A stretch of DNA of 64,000 nt, taken from assembly GCA_018396635.1 (NCBI GenBank), contig JAGTQE010000005.1:11325-75324 (forward strand), given 5' to 3'. A program made the translations under genes and the position numbers. Origin of the DNA: Candidatus Bathyarchaeota archaeon. Its GTDB lineage: Archaea; Thermoproteota; Bathyarchaeia; Bathyarchaeales; DTEX01. Every line of letters starts with the position of its first letter. Within the stretch, counting starts at the first letter, position 1. Below the pieces are notes generated by a model. The model was not told the DNA's origin, did not search any database, and saw only the letters and a list, made by a program, of their open reading frames with translations. This document shows positions 9,495 through 19,900 of this stretch, in pieces.

Positions 9495-10211
9495 ATGAAT
9501 ATAATAGATTCCCACACCCATCTCGGAACTTTCCCACTTTTCAATGTTAGTATGGATTCTGCTGAGATGATATCAATAATGAATCAATATGGAATTAAAA
9601 TCAGCGTAGTCTTCTCCTTGCCAAATGAGCTAACATTAGACGCGGTGAAAAAATATCCTGAAAGACTTATCGGTTTAGTATGGATTAATCCGCATGAGGG
9701 TAACTTAGCCCTACAAAAAGTGGATAGGGCAATTAACGAGTGGGGGTTTAAAGGGATAAAGATGCATCCCCTCCTAGATTCTTTCCTCCCGGATCAGGAG
9801 ATAGTTTATCCAGTAATGGAGAGAGCCCGAAAATATAGGGTTCCAATATTATTTCACTGTGGACATCCACCATGGTCTCTTCCATGGCACTTCAGCAACC
9901 TAGCTGAGGTATATCCCGATGTTACAATTATTTTGGGTCACATGGGCCATGGGCATATAGTGTATATTAATGGCTCGATTGATGTTGCGAGAAAACATGA
10001 AAATATAATCTTAGAAACATCAGCGATGCCCATGCATAGGAAGATTAAAGAGGCTGTTGAGAAGGTTGGCGAGGACAGAGTCATTTATGGATCAGATATG
10101 CCATTTGGGCATCCCTCATTCGAGATAAGGAAGGTCGAGGTTTCCGGTCTATCAGAGAAGCAGATTGAAATGGTTTTAAGTGTAAATGCACGCAAAATAT
10201 TTCGCTTATAA
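9495..10211 (+). CDS. amidohydrolase-family metal-dependent TIM-barrel hydrolase
   Basis: MNIIDSHTHLG N-terminus (HxH metal motif), plus later GHMGHGH and GSDMPFGH. I moved the start from the track's 9465 to ATG 9495, which sits just after the upstream stop. Confidence 0.7.
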   Translation: MNIIDSHTHLGTFPLFNVSMDSAEMISIMNQYGIKISVVFSLPNELTLDAVKKYPERLIGLVWINPHEGNLALQKVDRAINEWGFKGIKMHPLLDSFLPDQEIVYPVMERARKYRVPILFHCGHPPWSLPWHFSNLAEVYPDVTIILGHMGHGHIVYINGSIDVARKHENIILETSAMPMHRKIKEAVEKVGEDRVIYGSDMPFGHPSFEIRKVEVSGLSEKQIEMVLSVNARKIFRL

Positions 10212-10269
10212 AAGCATCGTCATGACGCAATGAAAATATTTATTTAGCGAATATTCTAGTGATTTTTGT

Positions 10270-11220
10270 ATGGCAGCTTCTTTAAAAGATGCTTTAGAAA
10301 AAACTAGTGAGTTTATCTCCACAGCCATAGGAAGGTATGGCAACAATCTTTTCGGATCCATTGTCTTTGGCAGTCTCGTTAAAGGGACCTGGCGTAAGAG
10401 CAGTGATGTCGACATAATATTACTATTTAACAAGTGTAACTACTCGAGAAGTGTGAGTTTTTACGGAGACCTAAAATTTGAGGTTTACAACATGCCTTTA
10501 AAGGTATTCTTCTCGCCTTTTTCCGGTGATGGAAAAAATCTTTTCTTTGACATGTTCCGCCTACAAGTGCTGAGAACCGGAAAGATTCTTTATGAGAGAG
10601 ACAATTTATTGAGCCAACTATTCACCAAACTGCGTGAACAAAGAATCTCCCGCAGATATTTAGATGAAGCATTGAGTAAGTTCTATAATTTAATAAATGC
10701 TGCTGAAATATACCTTAGTAGAGGGCGCATTGAGAAGGCCGAGTTAAGTTTAAGGGATTCTTCAATTAACCTTGCAAGGGCATTGTTGATGAAAATAAAT
10801 ATCCCTGAAATAAATACTCCTAGACTACTGATCCCACATTTACGTGAAAGGTCTCCAGAGCTTTATGAAGTAATTAGGGAAGTATATGGGTTAAATTATG
10901 TGGGGAGAAATGAAGCCGAGACTAGAATTAGAGAGGTTAAAGAGACGCTAAATAATATTAAACGTAGGTTTAAGAGAAATATTAGACTTAAGGGAGTTAT
11001 CGACATGGTGGAGAATGAGTTATTAAGCGCCGAAGACTGCCTAGAAGACGGCGACTACGACTCAGCAATACTACAGGCAGAATTCTCTCAATCAATACTC
11101 ATAAAAAATCCATTTATGCGTAATGAATATTGGTTACATACTTCCAAGCCGAATATTGAAAGGAGAGACATAAAAGAATGTATCGGACTTCTAAGAGAGA
11201 TTAAAGAGAAGTATTTATGA
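10270..11220 (+). CDS. nucleotidyltransferase-domain protein with long helical C-terminal region
   Basis: GSIVFGSLVKGTWRKSSDVDIILLF is a minimal Pol-beta-type NTase motif (GS...DxD). The C-terminal ~200 aa are predicted helical and contain one RLLIPH (Rx4H) match. Confidence 0.65.
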   Translation: MAASLKDALEKTSEFISTAIGRYGNNLFGSIVFGSLVKGTWRKSSDVDIILLFNKCNYSRSVSFYGDLKFEVYNMPLKVFFSPFSGDGKNLFFDMFRLQVLRTGKILYERDNLLSQLFTKLREQRISRRYLDEALSKFYNLINAAEIYLSRGRIEKAELSLRDSSINLARALLMKINIPEINTPRLLIPHLRERSPELYEVIREVYGLNYVGRNEAETRIREVKETLNNIKRRFKRNIRLKGVIDMVENELLSAEDCLEDGDYDSAILQAEFSQSILIKNPFMRNEYWLHTSKPNIERRDIKECIGLLREIKEKYL

Positions 11221-11260
11221 GAGCCCCTTGGCTAAGAAGAGCAGTTAAGAAAAAGCTTTA

Positions 11261-11284
11261 TTAGTATAGTTGTAACTATACTAA
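11261..11284. promoter_or_regulatory. candidate operator: perfect palindrome TTAGTATAGTT-GT-AACTATACTAA
   Basis: 11-bp perfectly complementary arms with a 2-bp spacer. The right edge is 31 nt upstream of ATG 11315. It shares the AACTATACTAATCA core with the 8897..8940 site. Confidence 0.6.
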
Positions 11285-11314
11285 TCAGATTCAACTGAAC
11301 ATGGAGGTTTATAA

Positions 11315-12070
11315 ATGCCTGAAGAAGCCAAAGCACCTGAGAGGAGACCGACATCATTAAACCTCATATTTGCCGCGATCTCAACTGCTCTAGTATGTAT
11401 TGCAACCATGTTCTTTAGCATGTATGTTCCGGCGACTAGGGGCTTCTTTAATATAGGTGAGTCTATGGTTTACCTATCAGCCCTACTTTTCGGGCCGTTT
11501 GTTGGGGCTTTTGCTGGCGGTGTTGGCTCAATGCTCGCCGACATACTGTTAGGCTACACGTATTACGCTCCGGCAACATTAGTGATTAAGGCATCAGAGG
11601 GCTTTATAGTCGGCTATCTGAGTAGGCGTAACCCTAAGCTTAATAGGGTTGGCTGGAGAACGCTTACAACAATCTTAGCGGTCGTTGCTGGAGCGCTATT
11701 AGCGGTCATCGGCTCAGCCTACTATAGCGGTGAAGTTGAGCTGACTTTAGGGCAAGCAATAATACCACTCTACATTCCGGAACTATTCTGGTTTATATTG
11801 AGCCTTATTGTTACAGCATCCATAATTGTGGTAGGTTTAGTCACAGAACCTGAGGCCGGCTGGACAATACTCTCACTGATGGTTGGCGGCCTTGCGATGG
11901 TTCTAGGATACTTCATCTATCAGATGTATCTTTTGTTCCCGCTCTTCGGCATAGAGGCGATAGCTGTGGCCGAAATACCAGTTAATATAGGGCAGATGAT
12001 TATAGGCTTAATAATAGCAACACCGGTGGCAAAAATCATAAAGAGGGAATTCTCCATAGGCGCCAAGTGA
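11315..12070 (+). CDS. ECF-transporter S-component-like membrane protein
   Basis: 251 aa and polytopic. LFGPFVGAFAGGVGSMLADI and APATLVIKASEGFIVGYL align with the 8948..9481 product. Confidence 0.6.
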   Translation: MPEEAKAPERRPTSLNLIFAAISTALVCIATMFFSMYVPATRGFFNIGESMVYLSALLFGPFVGAFAGGVGSMLADILLGYTYYAPATLVIKASEGFIVGYLSRRNPKLNRVGWRTLTTILAVVAGALLAVIGSAYYSGEVELTLGQAIIPLYIPELFWFILSLIVTASIIVVGLVTEPEAGWTILSLMVGGLAMVLGYFIYQMYLLFPLFGIEAIAVAEIPVNIGQMIIGLIIATPVAKIIKREFSIGAK

Positions 12071-12142
12071 AAACTATATAACCTTTCAACTCCTAGCTCA
12101 GAGGACGGAGGGAACCATCTATTAAGGGCGCAGTCTGAAACT

Positions 12143-12850
12143 CTACTGTTTATCTGGCATATATTGTGCCAATATCATCGCATGATCCTTATCGTATGGT
12201 TCTAAGTGTATGACCTGATATATTTGGAAGCCATTCTTCTCAAGTATTGCTATCTCCCTCTTATATATCTCGCTCGGCTCTTTAGTGACGTCTATGCTCC
12301 TAGCCTTTATGGCCAGCATTATCCAGCCGCCCTTCTTAAGAAATATTTTTGCGTTGTCAGCTAATATTTGGGCTTGCTCCGGCTGGGCTATATCACAATA
12401 TATCATATCAACCTTCCCAACAATATTAGCGTATTTCTCTGGAAATCTGGCATCCGCCAGAATTGGCGACATATTAGGCCTATACTTGCAAACATTATCT
12501 ATGAGCTCTTTTAGGGGTCGGGGAGCAAACTCTATGCAGTATACGTGCCCCTCCTCGCCGACTATGTCTGATACATGGCTTGCCGTAGTCCCAGAGGCTG
12601 CGCCAAGATATAGAACCTTGTATCCGGCTTTGAGGGGCAGCATCTTTAAGCCTTTAAGTATAGCTGCCGCTATCTTGCTCCTATATGGATCCCACAACCT
12701 ATATTCCGCATCGCCATACTTTATTAGGCGCTCGCCGTAAACATCCCTTCCCGGAGCCAGGTTCTTTGAGGCTATCCTATGCGATCCATCCTCAAGGGTT
12801 GCCCTATACACTCCATCAAACTTTGGAAGTGGCTCAACTTTAACGCTCAT
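12143..12850 (-). CDS. flpA: fibrillarin-like rRNA/tRNA 2'-O-methyltransferase
   Basis: It has the SAM motif VLYLGAASGTTASHVSDIV and is the size of archaeal fibrillarin. It lies immediately downstream of nop5. Confidence 0.9.
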   Translation of the reverse strand: MSVKVEPLPKFDGVYRATLEDGSHRIASKNLAPGRDVYGERLIKYGDAEYRLWDPYRSKIAAAILKGLKMLPLKAGYKVLYLGAASGTTASHVSDIVGEEGHVYCIEFAPRPLKELIDNVCKYRPNMSPILADARFPEKYANIVGKVDMIYCDIAQPEQAQILADNAKIFLKKGGWIMLAIKARSIDVTKEPSEIYKREIAILEKNGFQIYQVIHLEPYDKDHAMILAQYMPDKQ

Positions 12851-12857
12851 AGATCAC

Positions 12858-14066
12858 TCACCTACGCTCCTTAGGCCTAGCCTTCTTCTTCGCCTTAACT
12901 TTAGGTGGGCTTGGATACTTCTCCTCTATCTCCTTAACTCTCTGCATGAGCTCCTCCTTAAGCTTATCGCCTATATAGCTCCCTGTGAAGGCGTCGGTTC
13001 TAGCAGCTATGCAGAGCTTGCCTGCCAGGGCTCTCGCAATCTTACCCCTAAGCCACTTCTTAGCCCTGAAGATTAGGGAGTGCTGGAATATTATGCCATG
13101 TTTAGGCGGCTTGGAGCCTGTTCTAAGGGCCCTGAAAAGGGCTTTTTCAGCGCCCAAAACCTGAACTGTGCTGGCGGGCATCTTGGCGAGGTTTTCCAGG
13201 CTGCCGGCGATGGCTATAAGTCTAGCGCCGACAGACGGCCCGGCTACAGCCCTCAGGTTTGGCGCAACATCCTCCATGATCTCATCTATATATTTCTCAA
13301 GGTTCTCCCTAGCCTCATAAAGCTGAAGAATGTTTTTCGAAAGTCTTCGAATCTGCTCTATATCCATGTCCTGTAGGTCCGCACCCATAGAGGCTCTAGC
13401 CGCCTCATGAATCTGGGCGGCCTTATTTTCCGGGAAACCCTCCTTTCTAAGCCTCTCAACGGTGAAGTTGTCTCTACGCCCCAAAGTGTAAACTAGCTTA
13501 GCATATGTTTCGTGCCTATCCACTAGGCGGCCTAGCTCCGGGAAGTGTATGCCATACCACTCACGGAGCCTGCTCATGAAAAGGTTTAGTGTCTGATCTA
13601 AGTCGTCGAGTGCGTGGACCGCTTGAACGACAAGCAGATCCCTCTTCTCAGTAGCCTTCTTAATCCTGAGCTTTGAGAGCTCTATTGTCACATCACGTAT
13701 CCACTGATTTATCTCCGAGGGTTTACTTATGAAGCCTATCTCAACGCCCAGCTCACCCATATTCTCACGTATCTTCTCACTTACTTCAACTAGGGTTCCA
13801 GCCTCGGCGTTAACTTTAAACTCCTCTCTTATAGTATTCGCCAGGTCTGGGTTGTCAAAGAGAAAATCCGCATACTTCTGTTCCCTAAGCCTACGGATAA
13901 GTCTCCTTATCTCCGGTATGGGTTTACCCTGCTCCAGCGTGAAGAGCTTCTCAGCTATTTTAACTGGATCTTTATCAAAGACTTCCTTATCCACCAGCTC
14001 ACCGTTCTCGTTTAGGCATAGAATCCCCATAACGCTTGGTATAACTGCAATCCTCAATTCTTCCAC
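12858..14066 (-). CDS. nop5: C/D box sRNP protein Nop5 (Nop56/58)
   Basis: NOP domain GPSVGARLIAIAGSLENLAKMPASTVQVLGAEKALFRAL...PKHGIIFQH and a basic KK-rich tail. It forms an operon with flpA. Confidence 0.9.
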   Translation of the reverse strand: MEELRIAVIPSVMGILCLNENGELVDKEVFDKDPVKIAEKLFTLEQGKPIPEIRRLIRRLREQKYADFLFDNPDLANTIREEFKVNAEAGTLVEVSEKIRENMGELGVEIGFISKPSEINQWIRDVTIELSKLRIKKATEKRDLLVVQAVHALDDLDQTLNLFMSRLREWYGIHFPELGRLVDRHETYAKLVYTLGRRDNFTVERLRKEGFPENKAAQIHEAARASMGADLQDMDIEQIRRLSKNILQLYEARENLEKYIDEIMEDVAPNLRAVAGPSVGARLIAIAGSLENLAKMPASTVQVLGAEKALFRALRTGSKPPKHGIIFQHSLIFRAKKWLRGKIARALAGKLCIAARTDAFTGSYIGDKLKEELMQRVKEIEEKYPSPPKVKAKKKARPKERR

Positions 14067-14178
14067 CGCGCCGATCTTCCCCTAAAACTATAGCATATTC
14101 ACATAAATATGTGTTACCAAGATATTTAATTTATAAGCCGCATCAGAGGGCCGCAGGCTTTGCTGAGGGATTTAAAGC

Positions 14179-15090
14179 ATGGTCGGCCTGAGAACTTATA
14201 TCGCAGGGTTAGAGATGCCAAACCCAACCATGCTCGCATCTGGCATACTTGGAACAACAGCAGACATGCTTAGGGAGGCTGCCAACGCAGGGGCTGGCGC
14301 AGTGGTCACAAAGTCTGTTAGCCTTAAGCCGAGGGAAGGATACCCGAACCCGACAGTGATACAGGTTGATTGCGGCTTCCTAAACGCAGTTGGGCTGCCA
14401 AACCCAGGGATACATAAGTTTATAGACGAGATAAAGCGCCTACGCGACCTCAATGTTCCCTTAATTGTAAGCGTGTTCGGCTTTAAACCAGAGGAGTATG
14501 CTGAGGCCGCCAGGCTGGCTGTTGAGGCGGGGGCGAGCGCTGTTGAACTCAACTTATCCTGTCCACATGTTAAGGGTACTGGAGCCGAGATTGGGCAGGA
14601 TCCTGAAGCCGTTAAGCTAACCGTTAAGGCTGTTAAGGATTGTGTGGATAGACCTGTCTTCGCAAAGCTAACACCAAACACATCCAGCATTTCTGACCTG
14701 GCCAGGGCCGCTGCCTCCGCCGGGGCTGATGGAATTACTGCCATAAATACTGTTAGGGCTATGGCCATAGACATCGAGACATTTAGGCCTGTTCTCGCCA
14801 ATAGGTTTGGTGGGTTATCTGGTGCTGCGATAAAGCCGATAGCCGTCAGATGCGTCTACGAGATATATGAGGCTATCGATGTCCCCATCATTGGATGTGG
14901 TGGGGTGAGGGATTGGAGGGATGCAGTCGAATTCATGCTGGCCGGGGCTAGGGCAGTCCAGATTGGTTCAGCTATAGCTCTAGAGGGGCTCTCCATATTC
15001 AAGAGGATATGTGAGGGGATATGCGGCTTCCTGGAAAGGAAGGGTTTCAGGAGCGTTGATGAGATTATTGGACTGGCACATAAAAAATAA
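14179..15090 (+). CDS. pyrD: dihydroorotate dehydrogenase (class 1B) catalytic subunit
   Basis: It carries NLSCPH, GGLSGAAIKP and IGCGGV motifs. A pyrK gene follows. Confidence 0.9.
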   Translation: MVGLRTYIAGLEMPNPTMLASGILGTTADMLREAANAGAGAVVTKSVSLKPREGYPNPTVIQVDCGFLNAVGLPNPGIHKFIDEIKRLRDLNVPLIVSVFGFKPEEYAEAARLAVEAGASAVELNLSCPHVKGTGAEIGQDPEAVKLTVKAVKDCVDRPVFAKLTPNTSSISDLARAAASAGADGITAINTVRAMAIDIETFRPVLANRFGGLSGAAIKPIAVRCVYEIYEAIDVPIIGCGGVRDWRDAVEFMLAGARAVQIGSAIALEGLSIFKRICEGICGFLERKGFRSVDEIIGLAHKK

Positions 15091-15094
15091 TGTG

Positions 15095-15892
15095 ATGCGA
15101 GTCGTTAAGATAATTGGCGTCAGGCCTGAAAATCCACAAGTCAAAACATTATTCTTTATAGATGAATGCTGCCGCCTAGCTGAACCAGGGCAGTTCATCA
15201 TGGTCTGGATACCTGGGGTCGATGAAATACCCCTAAGCGTATCGTCAGTCCAGCCTGACGGCTCATCCTCAATAACTGTTGCTGAGGTCGGCGAGGCCAC
15301 CAGGGCTCTCACAAGCATGAAGGTCGGCGACCTCATAGGGGTTAGAGGCCCGTTTGGGTCTGGCTTCAAAGTTACTGGTGAGAGAGCTCTTGTTGTTGGT
15401 GGGGGCACAGGTATGGCGCCTTTAATGATTCTCATAAATAGGCTTGTTAGGATGGGCGTGGATGTGACTGTTATTGAGGGTGCGGAGAGATACAGCAAGC
15501 TGATATTCCTCAATGATCTAACGGATCTCTCAAGGAATTATGGTGTTAGGGTTCTCTTCACTACTGAGGACGGGAGCTACGGCTTTAGTGGGCTTGCAAC
15601 AGAGCTAGCCGAGAGCCTATTGAAGCGAGAAAGGTTTGACGTAATTTATACGTGTGGGCCGGAGAAGATGATCCGAAGAATTTATGAGCTGGCTAAGACT
15701 TACTCGATCGATTTGCAGGCTAGCTTGGAGCGGTATATGCGGTGCGCCATAGGGATATGTGGAAGCTGCACTATAGGCAGGTACAGGGTCTGCAGAGATG
15801 GACCAGTATTTAGCATGGATAGGCTTAAGGAGATTGAGGAGTATCTTGGGCTCTTCAAGTATGATGAGAGAGGCGAAAGGGTTCCAGTTTAA
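15095..15892 (+). CDS. pyrK: dihydroorotate dehydrogenase electron-transfer subunit
   Basis: Ferredoxin-reductase-like fold with a C-terminal 2Fe-2S motif CAIGICGSCTIGRYRVCRDG. I chose ATG 15095, just after the pyrD stop, rather than the track's 15011. Confidence 0.85.
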   Translation: MRVVKIIGVRPENPQVKTLFFIDECCRLAEPGQFIMVWIPGVDEIPLSVSSVQPDGSSSITVAEVGEATRALTSMKVGDLIGVRGPFGSGFKVTGERALVVGGGTGMAPLMILINRLVRMGVDVTVIEGAERYSKLIFLNDLTDLSRNYGVRVLFTTEDGSYGFSGLATELAESLLKRERFDVIYTCGPEKMIRRIYELAKTYSIDLQASLERYMRCAIGICGSCTIGRYRVCRDGPVFSMDRLKEIEEYLGLFKYDERGERVPV

Positions 15893-15901
15893 GTAGATTA
15901 G

Positions 15902-16849
15902 TCAGCCGACCTCCTTCGAGCCTTCCCCCTCACCCTTTTCCTCCCTGAGGAGACCCTCAATCCTCCTTAGTATGGGGGCTTCCTTAGTCTCCAGCTGCCT
16001 ATTCACTATGATTGCATGCACCTTTCTTGGGTTTGGCACGCCATATAGTGAGAAGTATGTTGCAGCCCTAGGCCTACTCACACCCTTCTTACCGCCGAAC
16101 CCTATGTTAATTTTACCCTTCATGTCAGGCGATGCTGAGACATATGCTAGGGATGCATCCTCGCCTAGACCGAAGCCAGCCTCAGATATGGGTATGATCG
16201 TGCCATAATTGAAGATTCTGCCAAGCAATCCCTGATCCACATATATGTCGGCTATCTTATCGTACATTATCTCCCTAACCTCCCTACCAATAAACTTCTT
16301 GACCGTAACTATTCTATAGTTTGTTAGAAAGTATTTGTGTCCCCTCCGATAGCTCTCAGTCAAGATTAATCCTATTACTGCGAATAGGGGTAAAAAGCAA
16401 ACTTTAATCTCCGCCTTCGGAATTATTGTGATGTATTGTGGTATAGGCGAATATAGTTCGATTAATGTGCCTGCAAGGGCGATTAAAATCATATATATTA
16501 GGGGCGCCTTACTAACCCATAAGACGCCGATAAGCAGCCCGCTTAAAACAAATATAGCCCAGAATATCACAAGAAAGATTAGGCTTTTTGCATCAATCCC
16601 GGGAACGAAGCCAAACAATGTGCTTAGAAATCCAGTCAAAATGGATTGAGCCTCCATAATCTCGTTGAGCCGTATATATATGAAGTGGAACACTATGGCC
16701 AAGAGGATTAGGTAGATGCACGCAAGATAGTATTTAATGAAGGAGAACGGATGGGGCTTAAGGCAGACATCGATCTTCTCATCCTTTAGGAGGTCAAAGC
16801 CACAATTTCCAACCATTATTTCACCAGCATGCAGTGCATGGCTGAGCAC
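15902..16849 (-). CDS. membrane protein with bacterial-PH (YdbS/YdbT-like) domain
   Basis: Several TM helices are followed by FLTNYRIVTVKKFIGREVREIMYDKIADIYVDQGLLGRIFNYGTI, which is typical of bPH_2 domains. Confidence 0.55.
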   Translation of the reverse strand: MLSHALHAGEIMVGNCGFDLLKDEKIDVCLKPHPFSFIKYYLACIYLILLAIVFHFIYIRLNEIMEAQSILTGFLSTLFGFVPGIDAKSLIFLVIFWAIFVLSGLLIGVLWVSKAPLIYMILIALAGTLIELYSPIPQYITIIPKAEIKVCFLPLFAVIGLILTESYRRGHKYFLTNYRIVTVKKFIGREVREIMYDKIADIYVDQGLLGRIFNYGTIIPISEAGFGLGEDASLAYVSASPDMKGKINIGFGGKKGVSRPRAATYFSLYGVPNPRKVHAIIVNRQLETKEAPILRRIEGLLREEKGEGEGSKEVG

Positions 16850-16908
16850 ACTTCCATTTAGGCGGAACTAACTAAAAATGTTTTTGATTGCCAGGGACTG
16901 TGGCGTCA

Positions 16909-19900
16909 TCAAGCCTTCCTAAGCCAGATCCTAAGCACCTCGCCAGCCAAGCTATATGTTGCTGAATGCGCTTCTCCAGCTGGGCTTCCCTTTCTAATCA
17001 CAATCGAAAGCGTCTCGGCCGCTATATAGTCCCCGAAGCTCTCGAAAACCTCAGTTAATATTGGCCCAGCCTCATAGTATGTTTCTATCTGATCGGCTAT
17101 GTTGAAGCCAGCCTCCTTCCTCTGATTCTGTATGCGCCTAACAATGTCTCTGGCAAGCCCCTCAAGCTTAAGGTTCTCTGGAATCACCCTGTATACGCCG
17201 ACAACTATATTATCTTCCTCAGAGACAGAATAGCCCTCCCTAGGTTCCTCAACTATCCTAATATCCTCAGGTAGGAGCTTTACCTCCTGCCCCTCAATAT
17301 TTAGGCTTAATCCTCCAGCCCCTATGGCCGCGATAACTTCCTCAGCGCTCATTCTCCCAATTGCTTCCTGGATTCTTGGGAGCAGCCTACCATACTTTCT
17401 GCCAATGTTCTCCGGGACTATTTTAACTGAGTAATTGAATAGGTCGCTCCTCCTTGTTGTTAGGGATAGACTCTTAATGTTCAGCTCATCAATGATTACG
17501 CCCTTAAGCCCCTCTATGCGCTTCAAGATCTCCTCTTCTGCGACAACTTTCGCCTCAAGTAGCGGTTGTCTCAGCTTAATCCCAGCCTTATTGCGGGCAG
17601 ACCTGCCTAGGCTGCAGACCTTCATGGCTAAATCCATGCTCCTCATAAGCTCCTCGTCGATCATCTTTTCGTCTACTGTGGGCCAGTCATTATGGTGGAC
17701 GCTCTCAGGCGCGTTTATATAAACGCTGCGGACAATATTCTGGTACATTTCCTCTGTTAGGAATGGTATGAATGGGGCTAGGAGCTTGATTAGTGTTGTT
17801 AGGCATATGTATAGTGTTGTGTATGCTGCGTTCTTATCCTCGTCCTGCTCACTCTTCCAGAACCTCCTCCTAGACCTCCTAATGTACCATGTTGAAAGCT
17901 CGTCTACAAACCTCTCTATAGCTAAGGCAGCGTCATATGGGTCGAAATCCTCAAGGTATCGCGTCACATCCCTAACTAGAACATTAAGTTTTGACAGGGC
18001 CCACCTATCGAGCGGCGATAGTATTTCATATGGCGCAAGCCTCTCTTTAGGAGACCATTTATCTAGGTTAGCATATGTCACAAAGAAGCTATATATGTTC
18101 CATAATGGGATTAGGAAGCGCCTCTTTACCTCCTCAGCCCTCCTATAGCCGAAGAGGAGGTTTTGCTCAGGCTTGGTTGTGCAGTATATCCAGCGCATGA
18201 CGTCCGCCCCCATCTTCTCAGCCGCCTCATCGAACCATATAACGTTCCCCCAAGACTTATGCATCTCACGCCCCTGCTCATCTAGGACTAGGCCGTGGCC
18301 GAAGCAGACCTTGAACGGCGGCTCACCCTCCATAACTGTGCTCATTGCCAGCATGGCATAGAACCAGTTCCTGAACTGGCCTGGGAGGGATTCACAGACG
18401 AACTCCGCTGGGAACCATCTCCTCCAGTATTCTCTGTCAGTCCTATATCGTATCGTTGAGTAGGCGACTATGCCAGCGTCGAGCCATGGGTTTCCAACGT
18501 CAGGTATTCTAGACATCAGCGAGCCACATCTCGGACACCTTATTTTGACAGCGTCAACCCAGGGCCTGTGGGGCGTGTGCCCCTCAAACATCTCCCAGCC
18601 CTCAACAGCCTTCTCCTTAAGCTCCTCCTTGCTTCCTATAACCTCAAAGTGGCCGCAGCTCTTACACTCCCATATTGGTAGGGCCAGGCCCCAGTAACGC
18701 TTCTTAGATATCATCCAGTCCTCCATGTTCTCCAGCCAGTTAAGCTCATGCTGGAGCCCGTACTCCGGTATCCATCGAACCTTTTTGGCGACCTCCATAA
18801 TCTGGTATCTGAGGTTCTGGGCTTTCTCCTCTTCAGTCAACTCTTCGAGGGGCTTATTGAGCTTCTTACCCATCGATATGAACCACTCGTCTACTAGGCG
18901 GAAGACTAGCTCGCTACCACAGCGCCAGCAGACCGGGTAGCGGTGCTTGTAATCCTCAACCTTAAACAGCAGGCCCTTAACCTTAAGGTCCTCAATTATG
19001 GGTTCGGCTGAATCGTAAACATGTATGCCAGTATATTTGCCGAAGCCCTCAATGAATACGCCGAACTCATCGAGTGGAGCTATACTCGGCAACCCATATA
19101 TCTTGCCGAGCTGGAAGTCCTCTCTACCGCATCCAGGAGCTATGTGAACTATGCATGTCCCCTCTTCCTCGGTAACCCCATCCCACAGTATTACTCTATG
19201 GGCTTTGACTGCTCCAGAGTTTATTTGGGCTGGAAGCTCATCGAAGGGTCCTTCGTAGGTCCAGCCCTCCATATCGCTACCCCTAACCTCCTCAACTATC
19301 TCATAGCTCCCCCTTGGCAGGATCCTATCGAGGGCTGGCTTTCCGAGGTAGAAGTATTCTTCACCATACTTGACCTTCACGTAGATTATGTCTGGGTGGA
19401 CTGCAACCGCAACGTTTGATGTCAATGTCCATGGGGTTGTTGTCCAAACTAGGAGCGATTCATTCACCCTGCCTTTAAGTGGGAATCTAAGCGTTAACCC
19501 GGGGTGGATTAGCTCCCTATAGCCTTCCGTAACGATCTCGTGTTCTGAGAGGGCTGTTGAGCATCTGGGGCACCATGGCATAACATCTGTGCCCTTATAG
19601 ATCCAGCCCCTCTCATAGCACTTCTTTAGGAAAGCCCAGATCATATAGTTGTTCTCGTCTGAGAATGTAAAGTATGAGCCGCCTATCTCAGGCGATCCTA
19701 GCTGACCAACAATCCTCTCAACCGTATCAGTTATGAGCTGGCCGTTTGCGCCCCGAATAGTTATTATTTGATCCGGGTTCTCCATAGCATCAGCAAGCCA
19801 TCTTAGGAAGTCCGGGTCGTTCCAGTCCATCCAGTATCCTAGCCGTATAGACTGCTCAGTCTGCTTGGCGGCGTATCGCAGAACCCTCTGCTTACACCTC

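Noticed and set aside
14131-14141. A recurrent ATAAGCCGC string (14132..14140, 53562..53570 and about 54883) was considered as a shared regulatory motif.
   Set aside because: Read on the minus strand it is GCGGCTTAT(AAA), which looks like ordinary BRE/TATA promoter sequence. Nine bases are too short to separate from chance.
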